Source of the DNA: an uncultured Candidatus Saccharibacteria bacterium
GTDB lineage: Bacteria; Patescibacteriota; Saccharimonadia; CAILAD01; JADZBC01
Direction of reading: 5' to 3'
Assembly: GCA_964413715.1 (NCBI GenBank)
Contig: CAYPSN010000002.1
Location: 66,850 to 119,874 of the forward strand
DNA length: 53,025 bases
In this document: in pieces, positions 1 to 8,505 of the stretch
How the letters are laid out: each line of letters begins with the position of its first letter
Position numbering within the stretch: the first letter of the stretch is position 1
The notes under the pieces: model-generated
Database searches by the model: none
The model's input: the letters and a program-made list of their open reading frames with translations, nothing else
What the model was told of the DNA's origin: nothing
Program-made: the position numbers and the translations under genes

Positions 1-156
1 GATTCACGTGCGATTGGGCCAGACCCTCCAAGTGGCAACGCGTAACGGCCCGTTGGTTCTCGAACCAAGCGACCGTTACGGCGAGTGTCTTCATGGCCGA
101 TGGGTGCTTACAGCGCACCGAGGAATGGTGTTGCGTGTGATGGGCATCGCCAACTA

Positions 157-203
157 GCCCACGAGAGAATCCTACGATTCATTCGTGGGCTTCTCTCATT
201 TTT
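157..203 (+). terminator. Intrinsic-terminator-like hairpin
   Basis: GCCCACGA (157-164) pairs with TCGTGGGC (183-190), with an inner GAATC/GATTC helix, followed by TTCTCTCATTTTT. Confidence 0.5.
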
Positions 204-204
204 A

Positions 205-245
205 TGTCAATAATACTTGACATTTTCCATTATTTATGATAGTAT
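205..245 (+). promoter_or_regulatory. Sigma70-type promoter embedded in a TGTCAA-N6-TTGACA inverted repeat
   Basis: TTGACA 217-222, 17-nt spacer, TAGTAT 240-245. Perfect inverted repeat TGTCAA (205-210) / TTGACA (217-222). AT-rich block abutting GC-rich DNA. Confidence 0.6.
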
Positions 246-307
246 TCTTCTGATCTTCGGAAAGCCCGAAGGTAGTAAGTTGAGAACAAGGAAAGGGGGT
301 GATACGG

Positions 308-517
308 ATGGCAGACTCGAAGAGCAAGGACCCGACCGTTTGGCTGGTCTCCTACTTCGTAGCGGCGATCATCACGATCGTGCTACTAGGAGCAGCGCTG
401 AACATGCTGATGGCTGCATTGCCGGTCACGGTGATGCTGATCATCATCGGCGTCCTGGCCTGGCTGTACATCCGCGAGCGTCGCAACTTCGCGGAGTACC
501 GGCGCAACCACCCGTAG
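308..517 (+). CDS. Small hydrophobic protein (69 aa), GC-rich cassette, no recognisable family
   Basis: ATG 308 preceded by AAGGAAAGGGGG. Two hydrophobic stretches (VWLVSYFVAAIITIVLLGAAL, LPVTVMLIIIGVLAWLYI). High GC3. Confidence 0.55.
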   Translation: MADSKSKDPTVWLVSYFVAAIITIVLLGAALNMLMAALPVTVMLIIIGVLAWLYIRERRNFAEYRRNHP

Positions 518-649
518 CGAACGCTACCCAACAGTCAGCCTCGGCTGACAGATTGGAGGCGCCTATGCGCTTTCGAGGGTTGTGCGAGTGATCGTGCAGC
601 CCTGCGGCTGGCCTGATTCGGCCAACCCACTGCCCTTTCCTTCTCAACC

Positions 650-700
650 CACGTCATCAAATGTGTATTTGATCTGAAGAGTTCAAAAGAACGAAACGTG
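650..700 (+). ncRNA. Type III hammerhead ribozyme (HH8)
   Basis: CACGU-C (cleavage predicted after C655), stem I AUCAAA-UGUGUA-UUUGAU, CUGAAGA, stem II GUUC-AAAA-GAAC, GAAA, CGUG. All invariant core positions present. Small hairpin UGGCC/GGCCA at 609-624. Confidence 0.8.
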
Positions 701-711
701 AAAAGAAGAAT

Positions 712-1281
712 CTAGAGAGACTCAATAAACTGCTTAAACTGCGTAAAGCCTGTATACGTGTACCCTTGCATGCCAGACTCTATCGCCCCATCTACATTGC
801 GCTGCCTGTCATCAACAAATAAGATTTCTTCGGCCGGTACAGATACCGACGAAAGTATCTGAGCATAAAAACCCGGCTGGGGCTTAATTACACCCATCTC
901 CGAAGACACAAACACATATTCGAATATGCCAGTAAAATGTTCTTTTTGCAGCAACTCACGCAGCAAATGTGCGCTGGCATTACTTGCAATATAGAGCTGG
1001 TACCGAGGGGCGAGTTGGTTTTTAATATAGCTAAACAACATAGGCTCAATTGGGCTCACGCCATGCTCTCTAGCCCGCAAGACCTCTGCGTCTACGTCAG
1101 CAATCTTGCTTACTTGCTCGTAATACTCATCATCGTTGGCGAGTTCGCCTATGTCTCGCTTACGAAATAACTCATGCAACTTAGCCTTCACGTCTGGCGA
1201 CAGATCGGACTCATTTACCCAATTATGACCATAGTCATCTAACAGCACCCCAAAGCAGTCGAAGGCAATGGCACGAATCAT
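712..1281 (-). CDS. HAD-superfamily hydrolase
   Basis: N-terminal IAFDCFGVL motif I and FVDDRQRNVDGA motif IV-like. 189 aa. 4-nt overlap with polA stop. Confidence 0.7.
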   Translation of the reverse strand: MIRAIAFDCFGVLLDDYGHNWVNESDLSPDVKAKLHELFRKRDIGELANDDEYYEQVSKIADVDAEVLRAREHGVSPIEPMLFSYIKNQLAPRYQLYIASNASAHLLRELLQKEHFTGIFEYVFVSSEMGVIKPQPGFYAQILSSVSVPAEEILFVDDRQRNVDGAIESGMQGYTYTGFTQFKQFIESL

Positions 1282-4037
1282 AATTCCTTAAGACTCCCCC
1301 AGCTTTTGCCGCTGGATATATTCACTTCAATTGGAACCTCAAAAGTATGCACCCCAAGCATATCTTTCCTGAGCACTTCTGCGACTTCGCGAACTTGATC
1401 CTCGCCACACTCCACGATAAGTTCGTCATGAATTTGCAAAAGCATTTGCGCGCCACTGGGCAGAGTTTGGTGGATTTTAATCATGGCTAGCTTCATCATA
1501 TCGGCCGCCGTACCCTGCAGGGGCATGTTAACGGCTGCGCGTTCGGCCGCCGAGCGCACTATGTAGTTGCTGGACTTTACGTCTGGGCATGGCCTGCGGC
1601 GTCCAAAGAGCGTCTCGGTATAGCCCTGCTCGTGCGCCTGTTTCTTAATCCGATCAATGTAATCAGCAACACCTTTGCGCAACTCAAAATAGCGATCAAT
1701 AAAGGCTCGGGCCTCGTGGAAGTCCATGCCAGTAGCCTGGCTCAGGCCGTGGGGGTTCATGCCATACAGCACACCAAAATTAATGGTTTTGGCACTCGAA
1801 CGCTGGTCTTTAGTAACTTCGCTGGGGTCAATGCTGTACATTTCTGCAGCAGTAAGCAAATGAATGTCTACACCACTCTTAAACGCCTCTATCATCGGTT
1901 TGTCTTGGGCCAGTTCGGCAGCCAGGCGTAGTTCTATCTGGCTATAATCGGCCGAAACCAGCACTTTGCCATCTGCAGCCACAAAAGCCTTGCGAATTTC
2001 TCGCCCTAATTCCGTACGTGCTGGGATATTTTGCAAGTTCGGGTTCGTAGAACTCAAACGCCCAGTCTGCGCAATCGTTTGATTATAGCTGGTGTGTACT
2101 CGGCCGGTCTTTTCGTTGACCAACAATGGCAAGGCATCTACGTAGGTACTTTTGAGCTTGGCTGACTCACGATACTCGAACAGCAAATCGATGATTGGGT
2201 GTGTACCCCGTAGCTTTTCAAGCTCTTTGGCGGCGGTTGAAACACCAGTTTTGATCTTCTTCAAGTCTGCCGATTGAATCTTGAGCTTGTCGAACAAAAT
2301 CACCTTTAGCTGCTGCGTAGAAGCAATGTTAAACTTCTCGCCCGCAAGATCCCAAATTTCTTCTTCTATCTTCGTGAGGCGCGCATTGATTTGCTTGGCA
2401 AAGGCGTGCAAGAACTTGGTGTCGAGCTCTACGCCGACATACTCCATATCGCCCAAAACAGAAATGAGTGGCCACTCCATAGTTTCGGCTACTTCTTCTA
2501 CTTTGCCGTAGTCGTGGAGCTGCCTACCCAGCAAGTTGTACAGGCGCCAGCTCATGTCGGCGTCCTCGGCAGCATAGGTTGTGGCGTCGGAGATTGCTAC
2601 TTCGGCAAACGTTTTTTGTCCTTTACCCTTTGGGCCAATCAATTCAGTAATTTCGACCATTTCTACGCCCAGCTCGCCATATGCCAAAGCGCCTAGAGTT
2701 TGTGCACGCCCCATTGGATTAAGCAAAAACGCTGCCACCATAGTGTCGAAGCTAATTGGGCAGAGTACAACGCCATGTTGCTTCATAACTTGGTAGTCAA
2801 ACTTTATGTTGTGGCCAACTTTACCAATAGCAGTGTCCTCCAAGACAGGCTTAAGCGCCGAAAGTGCGGTGTCGATACTAAGCTGCTTGCCGTCACTGTG
2901 CCCTACCGGCACATAGTAAGCCTCGCCTTCCTGCCAGCTAAAGCTCATGCCGACCAAATTGGCATTCAATACGTCCAAACTATCTGTTTCGGTGTCGAAG
3001 GCAAATAACTTTTGCTTTTTAAGGTTACTCGCTAGTTCTTCGAGTTTTTCGGCCGTATCTACACATACATACTTCGCATTCTTCAGATGATCACGACTTG
3101 GTGCAGGCGTCTTATCACCCTCGACCGGCTGATCAAACAGGCTGTTTTGATCACTTATTGTGTTCACTGTATTGTGGCCCGGCAATTTGCTGAGCAAACT
3201 ACGGAATTCCAAGCGGTGAAATAAATCATGAACGTGTTTTTTGTCATAGTCGTGAATGTGTGCGCGACGTAAATCAAAGTCCAACTCCACATCTCGACTA
3301 ATCCGCGATAAGTCCAAGCTTAACTCGGCTAAGTCTCTGTTTTCTTCGAGCTTTTTGCGCACCGCTGGCTTCAGTTCATCCAAATGATCATAAATACCTT
3401 CAAGCGTTTTGTATTTTGACACCAGCTCGGTTGCCGTCTTATCACCTACACCAGGAACTCCAGGAATATTGTCGCTCGTATCTCCTTTGAGCGCCTTATA
3501 GACCACAAATTCTTCGGGAGTTACGCCATATTTTTCCTCAACCGCCGCGCGATCATACAGCACCGTATCACTAAATCCACGTCGCATTGTGTAGACTTTT
3601 ACATTATCATCAACCAGCTGCAGTTCATCCATGTCGCCGGTTACAATCACCACATCGAGCTCTTTAGAGTATTTATGCGCCAAAGTGCCGATCACGTCGT
3701 CGGCCTCGTAGCCCTCACGCTCCATCAGCGGCATATTAAAGGCCTCCACCACCTCGCGCGTTAAGGGCATTTGGTCGATCAATTCCTTGTCAGTTTCCTT
3801 GCGGGTACCTTTGTACTGCTCGTACATGTCGTGGCGAAACGTCTTACCGGGCAAGTCCCAGGCAACTGCCACATAATCAGGCTTGAGATCGGTCAGCGCC
3901 TTGAGCATGATGGTTACAAACCCATACACAGCGTTGGTCGGTATGCCATCCTTCGTCGACAAGTACGGAATGGCGTGATAGCCACGGTGCAATAGTGCGT
4001 GACCGTCGAACAATACGAGTTTCTTGCGTTTTTCCAT
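1278..4037 (-). CDS. polA: DNA polymerase I
   Basis: 919 aa with 5'-nuclease N-terminus, 3'-5' exonuclease region, motif A DYSQIELR, motif B RSSAKTINFGVLYG, motif C QIHDEL. Confidence 0.97.
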   Translation of the reverse strand: MEKRKKLVLFDGHALLHRGYHAIPYLSTKDGIPTNAVYGFVTIMLKALTDLKPDYVAVAWDLPGKTFRHDMYEQYKGTRKETDKELIDQMPLTREVVEAFNMPLMEREGYEADDVIGTLAHKYSKELDVVIVTGDMDELQLVDDNVKVYTMRRGFSDTVLYDRAAVEEKYGVTPEEFVVYKALKGDTSDNIPGVPGVGDKTATELVSKYKTLEGIYDHLDELKPAVRKKLEENRDLAELSLDLSRISRDVELDFDLRRAHIHDYDKKHVHDLFHRLEFRSLLSKLPGHNTVNTISDQNSLFDQPVEGDKTPAPSRDHLKNAKYVCVDTAEKLEELASNLKKQKLFAFDTETDSLDVLNANLVGMSFSWQEGEAYYVPVGHSDGKQLSIDTALSALKPVLEDTAIGKVGHNIKFDYQVMKQHGVVLCPISFDTMVAAFLLNPMGRAQTLGALAYGELGVEMVEITELIGPKGKGQKTFAEVAISDATTYAAEDADMSWRLYNLLGRQLHDYGKVEEVAETMEWPLISVLGDMEYVGVELDTKFLHAFAKQINARLTKIEEEIWDLAGEKFNIASTQQLKVILFDKLKIQSADLKKIKTGVSTAAKELEKLRGTHPIIDLLFEYRESAKLKSTYVDALPLLVNEKTGRVHTSYNQTIAQTGRLSSTNPNLQNIPARTELGREIRKAFVAADGKVLVSADYSQIELRLAAELAQDKPMIEAFKSGVDIHLLTAAEMYSIDPSEVTKDQRSSAKTINFGVLYGMNPHGLSQATGMDFHEARAFIDRYFELRKGVADYIDRIKKQAHEQGYTETLFGRRRPCPDVKSSNYIVRSAAERAAVNMPLQGTAADMMKLAMIKIHQTLPSGAQMLLQIHDELIVECGEDQVREVAEVLRKDMLGVHTFEVPIEVNISSGKSWGSLKEL

Positions 4038-4082
4038 AGCTGTATTATAGCTTATGCGAGCGCCATATGCTTTAATGTTGGT

Positions 4083-4454
4083 ATGAGCCTACAAGAGCCA
4101 ACCTTCAGGGATCCACATAGGGACGAAGGAGCACTACAGAAAGCAGCCGAAAGAAGAGCTGCGATTGAGCGCCACCTCTACCCCGTGCCCGATTTAGATC
4201 CAGACTATGGACTCGATGACGCCGCAGAAGAAGCCAGCCTTCAAGACACGACACCTGAACCAGATACTGAAGTGCAAGTTGGACAGCCCTCAGCACACGA
4301 TCAAATAGCCCAGGCTCGTGCCGCGCTCGAAGGTGCGAGGTCAAGCACCAGTGAGGGCCCAGACACCAGCAGCTCCAGTTGGGTTCCAAACGAAGATGAT
4401 TTCGATGAAAGTGGTAATTTAAAACCCGAATGGTATAACAAAAGAGCCCAATAA
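4083..4454 (+). CDS. Acidic, low-complexity hypothetical protein
   Basis: ORF-track frame 3999-4454. Internal ATG 4083 chosen because upstream codons overlap the polA start region. D/E/S-rich sequence. Confidence 0.4.
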   Translation: MSLQEPTFRDPHRDEGALQKAAERRAAIERHLYPVPDLDPDYGLDDAAEEASLQDTTPEPDTEVQVGQPSAHDQIAQARAALEGARSSTSEGPDTSSSSWVPNEDDFDESGNLKPEWYNKRAQ

Positions 4455-4464
4455 GGGCTCTTTT
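4440..4464. terminator. Bidirectional intrinsic terminator between convergent genes
   Basis: AAAAGAGCCC-AATAA-GGGCTCTTTT, flanked by A-run and T-run. Overlaps stop of 4083-4454 and lies downstream of rpoD. Confidence 0.7.
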
Positions 4465-4484
4465 GTTATTGCACTCTGTATATT

Positions 4485-5606
4485 CTAACCTAGATAGTCG
4501 CGCAACTTTTTAGCGTCTTTGTGCTTGCGAAGTTTCGCCAAGGCTTTTGCCTCAATCTGGCGAATACGCTCACGAGTAACACCAAACTCTTGGCCTACTT
4601 CTTCGAGCGTGTGGCCACGACCGGTTTCAAGACCAAAGCGCATGCGCAGAATCTTCTGCTCACGCGGTGTTAAAAGCGCCAAGGTTTCGTCAATGTGTTC
4701 TTTGAGTAGCTCGTAGGTTGCCGCTTCTTCAGGACTAACGCTGTCTTCGTCCTGAATAAAGTCACCCAAGCTAGAATCTTCATCCTCACCCACCGTAGCA
4801 TCTAAGCTAGTGGTATCTTGGGAAATCTTGATAATATGATTCACCTTATCGACATCAATTTCGAGCTCCTTGGCCAACTCTTCCGGCAACGGTTCGCGAC
4901 CAAGCTCCATAGTAAGACGGCGCTGGGTACGCACCAACTTGTTGATGGTTTCCACCATGTGAACCGGAATACGAATTACTCTTGCCTGGTCAGCAATCGC
5001 GCGGGTAATGGCCTGTCGAATCCACCACGTTGCATAAGTACTAAACTTAAAGCCCTTGGTGTAGTCGAACTTCTCTACCGCCCTTAGCAAGCCAGTGTTG
5101 CCTTCTTGGATCAAATCTAATAGGTCTAGGCCTCGACCAATGTATTTTTTAGCAATACTAACCACCAAACGCATATTGGCTTCTGCCAACGCGTCCTTGG
5201 CTGCCTTGTCGCCTTTTTCGATCCTTTTTGCTAAGGTAACTTCTTCTTCGGCCGTAATAAGCGGGATCTTACCAATTTCGCGCAAATACAAACGCACCGA
5301 GTCATCGGCAATGTCTTTGAGCGTTGCGTCATTTACGGCGTTTTCGATGTCTTCTTCGGGCTCAGTTTCCCAAATCAGCTTATCTTTCTGGTCAGTCACA
5401 TCAATGCCCTGCTCCATCAGCTTGGAATACAGCTCATCGAGTGCTTCGATGTTTTCTTCTGCATCAGGCACCGCCTGCATAACTTCTTGCTGGGTAACAA
5501 AACCCTGTTCACGACCCTTTGTTAAGAGTCGCTCCACCTCTGGTGTCAGCTCTTGCTTATCGTCCGCTGGACCAGCAGCCGACACAGGCAAATCTTTTTT
5601 TGCCAT
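4485..5606 (-). CDS. rpoD: Primary RNA polymerase sigma factor (sigma70 family)
   Basis: Region 2 [17 protein letters not shown], region 4.2 [24 protein letters not shown]. 373 aa. Confidence 0.95.
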   Translation of the reverse strand: MAKKDLPVSAAGPADDKQELTPEVERLLTKGREQGFVTQQEVMQAVPDAEENIEALDELYSKLMEQGIDVTDQKDKLIWETEPEEDIENAVNDATLKDIADDSVRLYLREIGKIPLITAEEEVTLAKRIEKGDKAAKDALAEANMRLVVSIAKKYIGRGLDLLDLIQEGNTGLLRAVEKFDYTKGFKFSTYATWWIRQAITRAIADQARVIRIPVHMVETINKLVRTQRRLTMELGREPLPEELAKELEIDVDKVNHIIKISQDTTSLDATVGEDEDSSLGDFIQDEDSVSPEEAATYELLKEHIDETLALLTPREQKILRMRFGLETGRGHTLEEVGQEFGVTRERIRQIEAKALAKLRKHKDAKKLRDYLG

Positions 5607-5612
5607 ATATAT

Positions 5613-7394
5613 TCAATCCTCGTTTAGTATCGCCTGATATTCTGCCAAAAGGCGCTTTACGCTCTTTTGGTCTTGAGCGGCTTCAGCCTCAGCTATTTGC
5701 TTTGCTAACCGTCGCTTATTCAATTCTCGATTTAGTTTTTGCAATCTATGCACTTGGGTGTAGGCTTCGAGCCCAATGTCGTGCTCCGTTAAGTCGGAGT
5801 ATTCTTCTTCACCCTTTAACGCAAGAATTTTAACATCATTTTCGTGCTCTGGCAAGAGTTTTGCAAGCATGGGCAAATCGGCCTTGGGCTTTTTGCTTAT
5901 TGTTTCAAAGTATGGCCGAAAACGTTCGCTTGTTTGCGAAATACTAAGGTCACTTAATGCCACTCGCGCGGCAGGAAATGCCAAAATTAGCTTTAAAAAT
6001 GCCTCTTCGGTGCGCTCTTGCTTAGTAAGTTGCGAGGGCTTTGACTGGACTTGCGTCATGATATGCTGCTCCGAATCCACGCTATCCGAATATCGATCAA
6101 CAGCATTTGTTGGAGTTGGCTGTGTGTTAAAGCGCTCGAATTCCTCACGCAGCACTACCAGGTTACTACCCAGGAGTGGCGCTGAAAACTCAAGCGCGCG
6201 AGCTTGCTCTGCATTCGAAAGATCCTTAATAGTTTCAAAAATAAAATTCTGCTTCTTTTTGAGGTCTGCGCCGCTCGAACCTTTAAAGGTTTTGCTGGCA
6301 AATGAAATTAAATAATCAACCGCCGACTGAGCCGAAGTAACAGCCTGATCCCACAGCGCTTTGTCTTTTTTAACCAATTCATCGGGGTCTTTGGCGCCAT
6401 CAAAGCTAATTACTCGCAGCTCGATTGACTTGTCCGCCTGGTGCGCCAGAGCCAAAACCCGTTGCGTAGCTTTAATGCCAGCCACGTCTTGGTCGAAGCA
6501 AATTTTAATGTTCTTGGTAAGTCTGGCTAGAATCTTAAGTTGCTCAGCAGTAAGTGCGGTACCACTACAGGCCACAACCTGCTGAAAACCAGCATCGTGT
6601 AGAGCAACAACGTCCATATTGCCTTCGACGATCACAACCTCGTCATGTGCACGAATGGACTCTTTTGCCTGAGTGAGACCATAGATCGCCGTACTTTTGT
6701 TATAGATGGGCGTCTGAGGCGTATTAATATACTTAGCCCCAGCTTCATCACCCGGCAAGACACGCCCGCTGAATCCAACGGGTCGACCCTGACTGTCGAA
6801 TATCGGAAAAACTACTCTCCCCCGAAACATATCATAGGCGCTTGTCTTACCCTGCTTACGAGCCGCTACACCCGCTTGCACCATTTGGTCGTAGCTAAAG
6901 CCCTTTTTGCTCAAAAGACCCGTCAGGGCATCCCAGCTCTGCGGAGCATAGCCAAGTTGATAGTCCTTAATAGCTTGAGCACTCAAACCACGCTCTTGCC
7001 GCAGATAATCAAGCGCGGGCTTATTGCGCGAAAGCGAAAGGTGGTAGTACTTAACGGCAAGCTCTACGATGTCATAGAGTTTCGTTTTGCTCGGGCCTTT
7101 GCTGGACTGACCTCGTGGTTTTAACTGCACACCAGCTCGCTTGGCTAGGATCTCTAATGCTTCAGGGAAGCTGATGCCTTCCATACGCATTACAAAGGTA
7201 AAGATATCTCCGCCTTCGTCGGTAGAAAAATCATGCCATATGCCCTTTTCGGGACTCACCATAAAGCTGGGAGTTTTTTCAGCATGAAAAGGCGAGAGAG
7301 CTTTGAGGTTACGGCCAGCTGGCTTGAGCTGGATATAGCTACCGATCACATCGGCAATATCAAGTTTTTGTTTAATTTCTTGAACCTCATCCAT
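5613..7394 (-). CDS. dnaG: DNA primase
   Basis: PFHAEKTPSF primase zinc-binding-domain signature (Cys ligands substituted), TOPRIM VVIVEGNMDVVAL. Start moved to MDEVQEIK (ATG 7394). Directly upstream of rpoD. Confidence 0.9.
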   Translation of the reverse strand: MDEVQEIKQKLDIADVIGSYIQLKPAGRNLKALSPFHAEKTPSFMVSPEKGIWHDFSTDEGGDIFTFVMRMEGISFPEALEILAKRAGVQLKPRGQSSKGPSKTKLYDIVELAVKYYHLSLSRNKPALDYLRQERGLSAQAIKDYQLGYAPQSWDALTGLLSKKGFSYDQMVQAGVAARKQGKTSAYDMFRGRVVFPIFDSQGRPVGFSGRVLPGDEAGAKYINTPQTPIYNKSTAIYGLTQAKESIRAHDEVVIVEGNMDVVALHDAGFQQVVACSGTALTAEQLKILARLTKNIKICFDQDVAGIKATQRVLALAHQADKSIELRVISFDGAKDPDELVKKDKALWDQAVTSAQSAVDYLISFASKTFKGSSGADLKKKQNFIFETIKDLSNAEQARALEFSAPLLGSNLVVLREEFERFNTQPTPTNAVDRYSDSVDSEQHIMTQVQSKPSQLTKQERTEEAFLKLILAFPAARVALSDLSISQTSERFRPYFETISKKPKADLPMLAKLLPEHENDVKILALKGEEEYSDLTEHDIGLEAYTQVHRLQKLNRELNKRRLAKQIAEAEAAQDQKSVKRLLAEYQAILNED

Positions 7395-7449
7395 GAGGCC
7401 ATTATACGCCACTCCTAAGAATAAGAACAAAGTATGAATAAGAGACTAA

Positions 7450-7485
7450 GGGCCGGAGTAGAGCTTCGTTGCTCCACCCCGGCCC
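7450..7485 (-). terminator. GC-rich hairpin downstream of the 7500-7841 ORF
   Basis: GGGCCGG...CCGGCCC outer stem with inner GAGC/GCTC. Only a partly U-rich trailer. Confidence 0.45.
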
Positions 7486-7499
7486 ATTGCTGACCATGC

Positions 7500-7841
7500 T
7501 CAGACAGTAGTTGCCTGAACTCGCGTACCTCTCAGCTGACTACACTCCACATGCACCTTGCGTCGAGCAGTTCGATTCCGATTCTTGCGAGCTCGCTTCC
7601 GGCGCACCTGCCGACCAGCAAGCGAAACCGAGTTCTGCACGTACTGCATCGGCAGCCCCGCAACGATCTGCTCGATCGACCTACTGGAACCTGCTTCAAC
7701 CAGAGAGTGCACATGCGGATACATGATCCACACCGCCGCCCTGATTACCGGTTGCTTGCGGCAACCAGTTTCTTCGTACACCCTCCTTCTGAGAGCTTGG
7801 TTGATTGCCCGGGTAACGCGAGACTTTTCGCTTTTGGTCAA
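7500..7841 (-). CDS. GC-rich hypothetical basic protein with an HUH-like (PHVHSLV) segment
   Basis: 113-aa ORF, apparent TTG start, R/K-rich C-terminus. IMYPHVHSLVEAGSSRSIEQIV resembles the HUH strand-helix of Y1 (IS200/RAYT) transposases, but no catalytic Tyr region is present. Confidence 0.4.
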   Translation of the reverse strand: MTKSEKSRVTRAINQALRRRVYEETGCRKQPVIRAAVWIMYPHVHSLVEAGSSRSIEQIVAGLPMQYVQNSVSLAGRQVRRKRARKNRNRTARRKVHVECSQLRGTRVQATTV

Positions 7842-7921
7842 GGGTCGCCTTTATTAGTCGGTCACTCCGCCGCTCGGAGTGAGTAGCAAAATTCTACTCC
7901 TAACACTAAATAATTACAAGG

Positions 7922-8476
7922 CTAGATGAGTTCGTAAACGCTTTCGAGGGTGTCGCAGCCACGCAAACCAGCGAAGTGATTCTTACCTTTGTCTATGATG
8001 TTTTGTGCACCTAGTGCTATGCCAAGCTGCTCGCTCCACTCGGGTGGCACCACTCTGTCGTCATCAGAATATACACAATAAATTCTCTCTACCAATCCCC
8101 GAATGTGGTCAAAATTAACTTCAGGTAAAGCACGCTTTCCTTGTGTAGCTCGTTCGTGCCCAGCAAAACCTGCCACCAGAATAAGTTTGCCGAATTTCTT
8201 GCTGGTGGGGAGTGAATCCAGATAACGTAAGAGCACGTACACTCCCAGGCTATGTCCCACTAGCACAGTATTTTCATCAAATTCACCGATTTCTACACTC
8301 AGCTTATCAAGCCAAGCTTCTATATGTGGTTTTTCAGGGTTCGGCATGACTGGCGCTACCACGTCAATCCCCTCTTTGCGTAATTTCTCACACAACCAAG
8401 CTATCCAGCCCTGCCGTGGATCATCCGCCCAGCCGTGCACAATAATAACGCGTTTTTTTGAATTGCCGGTTTCCAT
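7922..8476 (-). CDS. Alpha/beta serine hydrolase (RBBP9/YdeN-like)
   Basis: VIIVHGW, nucleophile elbow GHSLG, YSDDDRVVP. 184 aa. Confidence 0.7.
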   Translation of the reverse strand: METGNSKKRVIIVHGWADDPRQGWIAWLCEKLRKEGIDVVAPVMPNPEKPHIEAWLDKLSVEIGEFDENTVLVGHSLGVYVLLRYLDSLPTSKKFGKLILVAGFAGHERATQGKRALPEVNFDHIRGLVERIYCVYSDDDRVVPPEWSEQLGIALGAQNIIDKGKNHFAGLRGCDTLESVYELI

Positions 8477-8505
8477 CGAATAACTATTTTATTCGAAATG
8501 GCTAT

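Noticed and set aside
2-157. Open frame running off the left edge (...GIAN-stop at 155-157) that could be the 3' end of a CDS
   Set aside because: No start or homology can be assessed. The stretch also contains nested inverted repeats (GTAACGG...CCGTTAC around TTGGTTC-TC-GAACCAA), so it may equally be structured RNA. Not called.
550-591. Mini-ORF MRFRGLCE with a GGAGG RBS after the small membrane ORF
   Set aside because: Only 8 codons, with no conservation evidence available. Probably a chance match in GC-rich spacer.
7842-7921. Hairpin ACUCCG-AGCGG-CGGAGU upstream of the 7500-7841 ORF that resembles a hammerhead stem I
   Set aside because: No CUGANGA or GAAA core follows it, so it is not a hammerhead.
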